Shown: positions 7,668 through 15,384 of the stretch, piece after piece
How positions within the stretch are numbered: the stretch's first letter is position 1
Layout of the letters: every line of letters starts with the position of its first letter
NCBI GenBank assembly: GCA_003491285.1
Contig: CP022705.1
Span: 1,095,647 to 1,127,646, forward strand
Direction: 5' to 3'
From: Methanobacterium sp. BRmetb2
Lineage (GTDB): Archaea; Methanobacteriota; Methanobacteria; Methanobacteriales; Methanobacteriaceae
Length of the DNA: 32,000 bases
The notes under the pieces: model-generated
What the model was told of the DNA's origin: nothing
Seen by the model: the letters and a program-made list of their open reading frames with translations, nothing else
Database searches by the model: none
Program-made: the position numbers and the translations under genes

Positions 7668-7974
7668 GTTTGTTTATTATTTTCTATTTTGAGTTATTTT
7701 TTTTCTTTTATTTTGGATTTGGATTTTATATGGTGGGGTGATGGTCTTTTGGTTCTTTTTTTGATATTATGTTGGTTTAAAGATTCATATCTATTAATTA
7801 TAGTGGCAAAGTTCTTATTTTCTAAAAATAATCTTTTGATGGTTTTTCACTCAAATAGGATCTGGGATGATGATGGAGTATATCTCTTATATGTAAAGTT
7901 ATTAGAATGTTTTAAATGGTAAAACAAGTTATGGGAAGGCTTTTTTTTGAAAATTTAAAGAAAAGTTTTATATA
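7668..7974 (+). repeat. Conserved upstream non-coding module, copy 2 (before paralog E)
   Basis: Same ordered blocks as the other three copies. The 77-aa ORF 7689..7922 falls inside it and is not conserved as an ORF in the other copies. Confidence 0.7.
7960..7974 (+). promoter_or_regulatory. Putative BRE/TATA promoter (TTTATATA at 7967-7974) for paralog E
   Basis: A purine-rich stretch (aaaag) is followed by TTTATATA. The box starts 26 bp after the start of the conserved T8 run, the same spacing as in the copies before F and G. Confidence 0.5.
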
Positions 7975-8057
7975 AGATATAATGATAAAATTTTATAATA
8001 GCAAATGAATTATGCAAATCACATTAATTCTTAGAGAATTATATTGATAAATAAAAC

Positions 8058-10076
8058 TTGGGTGGTATCATCACACGAAAGAAATTTTTTTTAGCTTTAT
8101 TAGCATGTAGCTTTTTAATGCTTTTTTCTATGACTGATGTTAATGCTGCAGAAAGCGATTCTGTAGAGGATGGAAATGTTACTGTACTTCCAGAAGATAA
8201 TTCTGTACAGTCCAGCGGATTAGAGTCTACTGAGGATGCGGAAGAAGAGACTGATACAAATACGTATCAAATTAGTGCTGATTATATTGGTTTTGTGACG
8301 GTTGAAGAGGTTGAAACAGCTTCTAATTACCTTAATTATTATGTAGAGACATATAACTGTTTACCAGAGACTATTACAGTTGGATCCTATGATTTGACTA
8401 TGTCTCAATTTTTAAAGATTTTATTGGATACTAGTATTCAGTTAGATCAGGAAGATTATATTACTCCAATACCATTCACTGACATGGGTGATGCACCTAA
8501 TCCAGCAGGACAATCCATTTCAGGATACATTCTTAAATCAGAATATATCCTGAATGCTGCTGCTATTCTTAATTTCATGGAGGGTTACGGAAGATCACCG
8601 AATTATTGGCGTACTTCTTTAGGTAATCTAAGGTTTGAGGGTCTTGTGCTTAGTTATGCTAATATAATCGATTTCTATAGGGAATATAATGAGCTGCCTA
8701 GCAACACTTTTATTATTCCATGTGATTTTATGGGGTTAGTGACTGTTGATGAAGTTGAAGCGGCTTCTGTTTATCTTAAAAATTACGTGGAGACAAATAA
8801 CCATTTTCCAGAGACTATCCCTGTTGGAGCAAAATCTTTAACCATTGCTCAGTTTTTCAAGGTTTTATTAACTGCAGTTGTTCAGATTGATCAGGAAGAT
8901 TATACTACTCTAATATATGTTACTGATTTGGGCGATGTGCCTAATTCAGCCGGGCATGTTATTTTGGGCAACATTTTAAAATCGGATTATATTTCAAACG
9001 CCGGGCAACTTCTTAGTTTTATGGAGTCATATGGGAGAGCACCGAATTATTGGCGTACTTCTTTAGGTAATCTATGTTTTGAGGGTCTTGTGCTTAGTTA
9101 TGCCAATATCATGGATTTCCAGGAATCTAATGGCAGATTACCCAACTATACAGTTGTCAATTTTTCAGGGGCTGCGACTTTTGACAATGTTAAAGAGGCG
9201 TCTCTATATCTTAAGAAATATGTAACGGCTCTTAAACTTTTACCGTGGAGTATTAAGGTTGGTTCTTATACTTTGACATTGTCTGAATTTTTGAAAGTTT
9301 TATTGATATCAGTGATAAATTCAGATCAAAATCTATTTACTTCGGTGGTTATCACTGATGTGGATAATCCTCCTAAGCCAGCAGGCCAAAATATTTCAGG
9401 TACCATTTTAAAATCAGAGTATATCCAAAATGCTAATGCTATTCTCAATTTCATTGATTCCAATGGGAGAGCACCGAATTATGGAATTACTTCGTTGGGT
9501 GATTTAAGATTTGATTACATTGTGTTTGGTTATGCTAAGATCATGGATTTCCACAAAGATTATAATAGACTCCCTAATTACACTGTTGTAAAAAATTCTG
9601 ACTTTAATTTCAGTACAATTAACGCAATTTACTATTCAGCTCAGCTTAGACCAACAAACAATTGTCAGTCCACAAGTTCAACCATAATAAATTTTGCTAA
9701 AAACTTAACTAAAAACTGTTTTACCACCTACGATAAGGCTTTAGCCATATTTGAATGGGTAAGAGATTATTGTGATTATACATTCTATTACAATACCAAA
9801 TATGGTGCAGTTGGAATGTTGTACCGTAAGGATGGTAATTGTATAGATCATTCACATTTAATCAATGCTTTAGCTCGTTCTGTGGGTATACCTGCTAGAT
9901 ATGCTCATGCAAAGTGTAAATTCACTAATATGACCGTGGGACACATATGGTCAGAATTATATATCCGGGGGAGATGGGTTACTGCTGATGCAACGAGCTT
10001 AAGAAATGATTTAGGGACACAATTGAATTGTAAAATATTGTATTGGAAAGGAAGATACACCCAACTACCTTTCTGA
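8058..10076 (+). CDS. Secreted paralog E: signal peptide, linker, 3 PMBR-like units, C-terminal transglutaminase-like (Pei-type Cys-His-Asp) domain
   Basis: The ORF track start is TTG at 8058. The codon homologous to the family ATT is ATC at 8070, 3 nt after GGTGGT (8061-8066). The C-terminus reads FEWVRDYCDYTFY...DGNCIDHSHLINALARSVGIPARY...GHIWSELY...RWVTADAT, a classical transglutaminase core with Cys, His and Asp. Confidence 0.9.
   Translation: MGGIITRKKFFLALLACSFLMLFSMTDVNAAESDSVEDGNVTVLPEDNSVQSSGLESTEDAEEETDTNTYQISADYIGFVTVEEVETASNYLNYYVETYNCLPETITVGSYDLTMSQFLKILLDTSIQLDQEDYITPIPFTDMGDAPNPAGQSISGYILKSEYILNAAAILNFMEGYGRSPNYWRTSLGNLRFEGLVLSYANIIDFYREYNELPSNTFIIPCDFMGLVTVDEVEAASVYLKNYVETNNHFPETIPVGAKSLTIAQFFKVLLTAVVQIDQEDYTTLIYVTDLGDVPNSAGHVILGNILKSDYISNAGQLLSFMESYGRAPNYWRTSLGNLCFEGLVLSYANIMDFQESNGRLPNYTVVNFSGAATFDNVKEASLYLKKYVTALKLLPWSIKVGSYTLTLSEFLKVLLISVINSDQNLFTSVVITDVDNPPKPAGQNISGTILKSEYIQNANAILNFIDSNGRAPNYGITSLGDLRFDYIVFGYAKIMDFHKDYNRLPNYTVVKNSDFNFSTINAIYYSAQLRPTNNCQSTSSTIINFAKNLTKNCFTTYDKALAIFEWVRDYCDYTFYYNTKYGAVGMLYRKDGNCIDHSHLINALARSVGIPARYAHAKCKFTNMTVGHIWSELYIRGRWVTADATSLRNDLGTQLNCKILYWKGRYTQLPF
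8292..9611 (+). repeat. 3 intragenic PMBR-like units in paralog E (444, 435 and 441 bp)
   Basis: Units start at 8292 (FVTVEEVETAS), 8736 (LVTVDEVEAAS) and 9171 (AATFDNVKEAS). Each ends with N(E/R)LP(S/N)(N/Y)T. Confidence 0.85.
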
Positions 10077-10146
10077 ACTTTTTTTATCATTTTTTTCATT
10101 TTCTGGATAATTTTATATATCTAGTTTATTAGGGCAATATTAATGT

Positions 10147-10484
10147 GGTTTTAACTATATTTTAGTTTATATTTGTTTACTAATTTGTGTTCAAGGTTAA
10201 TTTATTTGTTTTATTCTCGATTTGGGGTTTTTATGATAGTTTAGTAGTTTGTCAGTTCTTTTTTTAGGTTTTATGTTGGTTCAGAGGGTTTATATTTATT
10301 AATTATACTATTTACAGTCTTTATTTTCTAAAAATAATCTTTTTCTGATTGTTTTTCACTAAAATTTAATATAAAGAGGAAGTTGCATTATATCCCTTTT
10401 ATGAAAACTTATTATAATGTTTTAAATGGTAAAATAAGCCATAAAAAAGCTTTTTTTTAGAATTTTAATGAAAAGGTTTATATA
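10147..10484 (+). repeat. Conserved upstream non-coding module, copy 3 (before paralog F)
   Basis: Colinear with 12675-13014 over almost the whole intergenic region. The TATA-like box at 10289 and the T8 run at 10451 are 162 bp apart, exactly as in the copies before D and G. Confidence 0.75.
10470..10484 (+). promoter_or_regulatory. Putative BRE/TATA promoter (GAAAAGG + TTTATATA at 10477-10484) for paralog F
   Basis: Consensus archaeal TATA box with a purine-rich BRE-like stretch, 82 bp upstream of the ATT start. Confidence 0.5.
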
Positions 10485-10558
10485 AGATTATGTTAGAATT
10501 CAAATAGTCAATAAATGATTTAAAAAAAATCATTTTAATTGAACTTGGAGGCGGTATA

Positions 10559-12598
10559 ATTAAGCGAAAGAAGAAATTTTTCGTGGCCATGTTAGCGTGC
10601 AGCTTTTTGATGCTTTTTTCAATGGCTGGTGTTAATGCTGCAGAAGATGATTCTTCAGATGGGATTATAATAAATGATACCAATGTAACTCAAGAAGATA
10701 ATCCTTTACAGTCCGATGATAACGATTCTACAGATAATGGCACAGAAGATACGGGAGATCAGACAGATACTATTACATATCAAACTAGTGCTGAGGGTTC
10801 TTCTGGTTCTGTGACGGTTGAAGAAGTTGAAACGGCTGCTAGCGAACTTAAGAATTATGTGGAGATACATAACAGTTTACCAGACACTATTCAGGTCGGT
10901 TCATATACTTTGACCATGGCTCAGTTTTTAAATGTCTTATTAAATACTACACTACAATTAGATCAGGAAATATATGATCGAATAACAATTAATACGGTGG
11001 ATGATGCACCTAACCCTTCTGGTAACGTTAATTCGGGTAATATTTTAAAATCAGAATATTTAGAAAACGCTGTCAGTATCCTTAATTTTATGGATACTCA
11101 TGGAAGGGCACCAAACTATGGGAGTACTTCTTTAGGTAATCTAAGATTTGAAGGCCTTGTATTTAGTTTTGCTAAAATCATAGATTTTTACAAAGATTTT
11201 GATAGGCTACCTAACTACGCAGTTATTATCCAATCCGGTTTCATGGGTTCTGTGACGGTTGAAGAAGTTGAAGCAGCTGCTAGCGAACTTAAGAATTATG
11301 TGGAGATACATAACAGTTTACCAGACACTATTCAGGTCGGTTCAAAGTATTTGACCATGGCTCAGTTTTTAAGTGTCTTATTAAATACTACGCTACAATT
11401 AGATCAGGGAAATTATTCTCCGATAAAGATTATTGCAATGGGCGATGCACCTAATCCAACAGGTGAAATTGTTTCAGGTAACATTCTAAAATCAGAGTAT
11501 TTACTAAATGCTACAAATATTCTTAATTTCATGGATTCCTATGGAAGGGCACCAAACTATTGCAATATTACCTTAGGTAATTCTAGATTTGAATATATGG
11601 TGTTGAGTTTTGCTAAAATCATAGATTTCTACAAAGAGAATGATAGGCTACCAAACTATACTAAAATTCTTCCAACGGATTCTATAGGATCAGTGACTTT
11701 TGAAGAGATTGAAGAAGCAGCAGTTTATCTTAAAGAGTATATAACAGCACTTAAATTTTTACCAAAGACTATTCAAGTTGGTTCCTATACTTTGACCATG
11801 TCAGAATTTTTAAAAATTTTATTGACAACAGTAATAAATTCAGATCAAAATATATTTACACCAGTAAATGTCACAGATGTGAATAATTCGCCAAATCCTG
11901 CAGGTCAGAAAATTTCGGCCAACATTCTAAAATCAGAATATATGCAAAATGCTATTGATATTCTTAATTTTATGGATACTTATGGAAGGGCACCAAACTA
12001 TTGGAAAACTTCATTAGGTAATCTCAGGTTTGAATATGTAGTATTTAGTTTTGCTAAAATCATAGATTTTCAAAAAGAGTACAATAGACTACCTAACTAC
12101 GCGCTCATACATACATCTGACATACTTTTCAATGTAATTGACGCACCGGGCAATTTACTACAGTATCTTATGCCAACAGATAATTGTCAGTCATTAAGTT
12201 CAACCATAATAAATTTTGCTAAAAATTTAACTAAAAACTGTTATACTGACTATGATAAGGCTAAAGTCATATTTGAATGGGTAAGAGACTATTGTAGCTA
12301 TACGTTCTATTACAATACCAAATATGGTGCAGTAGAAATGTTAAACCGTAAGGATGGTAATTGTATAGATCATTCACATTTAATCAATGCTTTAGCTCGT
12401 TCTGTGGGTATACCTGCTAGATATGCTCATGCACAGTGTAAATTCACCAGCATGACAGTGGGACATATTTGGTCTGAACTATACGTAAATGGAAGATGGG
12501 TCACTGCTGATGCGACAAGCACAAGAAACAATTTAGGAACACAAGTGAACTGTTCAATATTATATTGGAAAGGAAGATACGCAGAACTACCTTTCTAA
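10559..12598 (+). CDS. Secreted paralog F: signal peptide, linker, 3 x 147-aa PMBR-like units, C-terminal transglutaminase-like (Pei-type) domain
   Basis: The ORF track gives 10583 (GTG), extended in frame to ATT at 10559 within ...GGAGGCGGTATA ATT AAG CGA AAG AAG AAA TTT TTC. The C-terminal domain (12131-12598) is colinear with 9612-10076 of paralog E, including an 88-bp identical block. Confidence 0.9.
   Translation: MKRKKKFFVAMLACSFLMLFSMAGVNAAEDDSSDGIIINDTNVTQEDNPLQSDDNDSTDNGTEDTGDQTDTITYQTSAEGSSGSVTVEEVETAASELKNYVEIHNSLPDTIQVGSYTLTMAQFLNVLLNTTLQLDQEIYDRITINTVDDAPNPSGNVNSGNILKSEYLENAVSILNFMDTHGRAPNYGSTSLGNLRFEGLVFSFAKIIDFYKDFDRLPNYAVIIQSGFMGSVTVEEVEAAASELKNYVEIHNSLPDTIQVGSKYLTMAQFLSVLLNTTLQLDQGNYSPIKIIAMGDAPNPTGEIVSGNILKSEYLLNATNILNFMDSYGRAPNYCNITLGNSRFEYMVLSFAKIIDFYKENDRLPNYTKILPTDSIGSVTFEEIEEAAVYLKEYITALKFLPKTIQVGSYTLTMSEFLKILLTTVINSDQNIFTPVNVTDVNNSPNPAGQKISANILKSEYMQNAIDILNFMDTYGRAPNYWKTSLGNLRFEYVVFSFAKIIDFQKEYNRLPNYALIHTSDILFNVIDAPGNLLQYLMPTDNCQSLSSTIINFAKNLTKNCYTDYDKAKVIFEWVRDYCSYTFYYNTKYGAVEMLNRKDGNCIDHSHLINALARSVGIPARYAHAQCKFTSMTVGHIWSELYVNGRWVTADATSTRNNLGTQVNCSILYWKGRYAELPF
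10808..12130 (+). repeat. 3 x 441-bp intragenic PMBR-like units in paralog F
   Basis: Units start at 10808, 11249 and 11690 (SVTVEEVE / SVTVEEVE / SVTFEEIE). The first 160 bp of units 1 and 2 differ at only about 8 positions. Confidence 0.9.
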
Positions 12599-12674
12599 AC
12601 CCTTTTTTTATTTTTAGATTTTTAATTGCAGAATATTATATTATATATGTTTTAATTTATTATAGAGATGTTAA

Positions 12675-13014
12675 ACGGTTTTAACTATTTCAAACCGATT
12701 GTGTGTTTATTATTTTGTATTTAAGATTATTTTATTTGTTTTATCCTAGATTTGGATTTCATATGATTGGTTTGTGGTCTTTTGATTCTATTTTTAGGGT
12801 TTAAGTTGGTTCAAAGAGTTTATATTTATTGATTATACTATTCACAGCTCTTATTTTCTAAAAATAATCTTTTTAGGACGGGTTTTTACTAAAATCTAAT
12901 ATAAAAGGGGCCGGGGACTATATATCTTTTATGAAAACCTATTAGAATGTTTTAAATGGAAAAATAAGCTATAAAAAAGCTTTTTTTCGGAAATTTAATG
13001 AAAAGGTTTATATA
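12675..13014 (+). repeat. Conserved upstream non-coding module, copy 4 (before paralog G)
   Basis: Colinear with 10147-10484. It contains a GC island, ggggccggggac (12907-12918), in an otherwise AT-rich context. Confidence 0.75.
13000..13014 (+). promoter_or_regulatory. Putative BRE/TATA promoter (TTTATATA at 13007-13014) for paralog G
   Basis: Same GAAAAGGTTTATATA sequence as before paralog F. Confidence 0.5.
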
Positions 13015-13123
13015 ATATTTATGTTAGAATCTCATAATCAGCAAATAAACTATAATATCGTTTTATATTCTATATCCAGTAAATATCTAAAAAAATTCCA
13101 TTATATAATTTGGAGGGGTTTAC

Positions 13124-14563
13124 ATTAAGCGAGAGAAATTTTTCGTGGTGTTAATAGCGTGCAGCTTTTTGATGCTTTTTTCAATGGCTGGTGTTAATGC
13201 TGCAGAAGATGATTCTTCAGATGGGACTATAATAAATGATACCAATGTAACTCAAGAAGATAATCCTTTACAGTCCGATGATAACGATTCTACAGATAAT
13301 GGCACAGAAGATACGGGAGATCAGACAGATACTATTACATATCAAACTAGTGCTGAGGGTTCTTCTGGTTCTGTGACGGTTGAAGAAGTTGAAACGGCTG
13401 CTAGCGAACTTAAGAATTATGTGGAGATACATAACAGTTTACCAGACACTATTCAGGTCGGTTCATATACTTTGACCATGTCAGAATTTTTAAAGATTTT
13501 ATTGATGACTGTCATAAATTTAGATCAAAATGTGTCTACGCCAGTGGCTGTCACGGAGGTGGGTGATGCACCTAATCCTGCAGGTCAAAATATTTCGGGT
13601 AATCTTCTAAAATCAGAGTATCTGCAAAATGCTATTGGTATTCTTAATTTTATTGATTCCAATGGAAGGGCACCAAATTATTTTAGGACGTCTTTGGGTA
13701 ATCTACGGTTTGAATATATAGTATTTAGTTATACTAAAATCATGGATTTCTATGGAGATTATGATAGGCTCCCTAACTATACTAAAATTTGTTTATCTGA
13801 TTTTATGCAGTCTTTAACAGTTGATGAGATTGAAACAGCTTCTAATTGTCTTAAAAATTATGTACAGGCAAATAAAATTCTACCAGACACTATTCAGGTC
13901 GGTTCAAAGTGTTTAACCATGTCAGAATTTTTAAATGTTTTATTGATGGCAGTGATTAATTCAGATAGAAATGTGTCTATGCCCGTGGCTGTCACGGAGG
14001 TGGGTGATGCACCTAATCCTGCAGGTCAAAATATTTCAGGTAACATTCAAAAATCAGAATATGTAAGAAAGGCAACCAATATTCTAAATTTCATGAATTC
14101 CAATGATAGAGCACCAAACTATTCTACCACATCTTTAGGTAATCTAAGGTACGAATATATAGTGTTCAATTTTGCAAAGATCATGGACTTCCATAAATAC
14201 TACAATAGACTGCCTAACTATACCGTAGTCCAAACATCTGCCATGAGTTATCAAATGATGGAAATTTCTTCTAAATACGGTGCTAAAAACGTTATTGTGA
14301 CAGATAGTTATGTTCAATGCTCTGGAAGATGTACTTGTAGCTTGTATCAAGATTACGATTATCATACAGTTAAATTTGTTAACTACTGTCCTTATTGCCA
14401 TAAAAATTCTACACTGGACTATGAAGAAGGAAATACAATTTATGATAACCCTGAAGGAATGTGGGTGTGCAGTATGAGTAAAGGTGGCTGTGATGCAGAT
14501 TTCTGCTTAGTGCATGGTAAAGCCCATGTGACTAGTGGTGCTAAATATTTAACCTCTGCATAA
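13124..14563 (+). CDS. Secreted paralog G: signal peptide, linker, 2 x 147-aa PMBR-like units, C-terminal Cys-rich zinc-ribbon-like domain of unknown function
   Basis: The ORF track gives 13145 (GTG), extended to ATT at 13124 after GGAGG (13112-13116) plus 7 nt. The C-terminal ~100 aa read CSGRCTC...YCPYCH...WVCSMSKGGCDADFCLVHGKAH (8 Cys and several His arranged in CxxxCxC, CxxC and Cx6Cx4CxxH groups). Confidence 0.85.
   Translation: MKREKFFVVLIACSFLMLFSMAGVNAAEDDSSDGTIINDTNVTQEDNPLQSDDNDSTDNGTEDTGDQTDTITYQTSAEGSSGSVTVEEVETAASELKNYVEIHNSLPDTIQVGSYTLTMSEFLKILLMTVINLDQNVSTPVAVTEVGDAPNPAGQNISGNLLKSEYLQNAIGILNFIDSNGRAPNYFRTSLGNLRFEYIVFSYTKIMDFYGDYDRLPNYTKICLSDFMQSLTVDEIETASNCLKNYVQANKILPDTIQVGSKCLTMSEFLNVLLMAVINSDRNVSMPVAVTEVGDAPNPAGQNISGNIQKSEYVRKATNILNFMNSNDRAPNYSTTSLGNLRYEYIVFNFAKIMDFHKYYNRLPNYTVVQTSAMSYQMMEISSKYGAKNVIVTDSYVQCSGRCTCSLYQDYDYHTVKFVNYCPYCHKNSTLDYEEGNTIYDNPEGMWVCSMSKGGCDADFCLVHGKAHVTSGAKYLTSA
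13370..14251 (+). repeat. 2 x 441-bp intragenic PMBR-like units in paralog G
   Basis: Units 13370-13810 and 13811-14251. The second ends with LPNYTVVQTSAMSY, the same junction as in paralog C. Confidence 0.85.
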
Positions 14564-14824
14564 ACAATAAATAGGCTGAATTTATTATATCAGTCTAATT
14601 TTATTTATTTTTTGACATTGTTAAGCAGCACTGTAATTTATGTGAGAATTCTAAGTTTTTTTAAGATCATTTTTTTAATTGAAAATAATGGATTAATCCT
14701 TTTTCAGATTTCACCTTAAAGAATTATCTAATTAAAATTAGCCTTTAATTTTAATTCTCTTAAATAAGATTATTTTCGAATTGTATAAATAATAGGAGAA
14801 TTATTATTAAAAGTGGTGTTAAAA

Positions 14825-15376
14825 ATGTGGTTATACATAATTATAGGAATTATAATAATAATATTACTGGCAGCCCTGGCTTTAATGTATAACAGTCTGG
14901 TGGGCTTACGCAATAGAGTTAAAAATGCCTGGTCTCAGATAGATGTTCAACTAAAAAGAAGGACAGACCTAATACCTAACCTGGTTGAAACAGTTAAAGG
15001 ATATGCAACACACGAAAAAGGAGTTTTTGAAGAAGTAACCAGGGCTCGTTCAAGTTTAATAAACGCCCAAACAGTTAAAGAAAATGAAGAGGCTAATAAT
15101 ATGTTAACCGGTGCTCTTAAATCTCTTTTTGCAGTTGCCGAGAATTACCCTGATTTAAAAGCAAGTCAAAACTTCCAGGACCTGCAGATGCAACTGGCTG
15201 AAACTGAAGATAAAATTGCTTACTCACGTCAGTTTTACAATGACACAGTTTTAATGTACAATAACAAAGTTCAAATGTTCCCGAGTAATATCATTGCCCG
15301 CATGTTCAACTTCACAGAATCCGAATTCTTTGAAACAGCAGAAACTGAACGTTCAGTTCCTAAAGTAGAATTTTAG
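14825..15376 (+). CDS. lemA: LemA family membrane protein
   Basis: An N-terminal TM helix is followed by [43 protein letters not shown]...[14 protein letters not shown]...RQFYN, which is typical of LemA. ATG at 14825, preceded by GGTG (14815-14818), is preferred over the ORF-track GTG at 14813. Confidence 0.9.
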   Translation: MWLYIIIGIIIIILLAALALMYNSLVGLRNRVKNAWSQIDVQLKRRTDLIPNLVETVKGYATHEKGVFEEVTRARSSLINAQTVKENEEANNMLTGALKSLFAVAENYPDLKASQNFQDLQMQLAETEDKIAYSRQFYNDTVLMYNNKVQMFPSNIIARMFNFTESEFFETAETERSVPKVEF

Positions 15377-15384
15377 GTGGTAAA

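Noticed and set aside
7689-7922. 77-aa hydrophobic ORF in the region upstream of paralog E
   Set aside because: It lies inside the conserved non-coding module. At the homologous positions before F and G, the same frame hits stop codons within a few codons (ata tga in G, tta tga in F). It is therefore not conserved as coding sequence.
8058-12598. Pei-like genes as evidence for a prophage (as for the PeiP/PeiW-encoding methanogen phages)
   Set aside because: I saw no integrase, terminase, capsid or tail genes, no att-like flanking repeats and no tRNA target. The proteins carry signal peptides and belong to a host paralog family.
2857-14563. Regularly spaced ~441-bp repeats as a possible CRISPR-like or satellite array
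   Set aside because: The repeats are in-frame protein-coding units of 147 aa with divergent sequence. They are far too long for CRISPR and are not separated by unique spacers. No cas genes are present.
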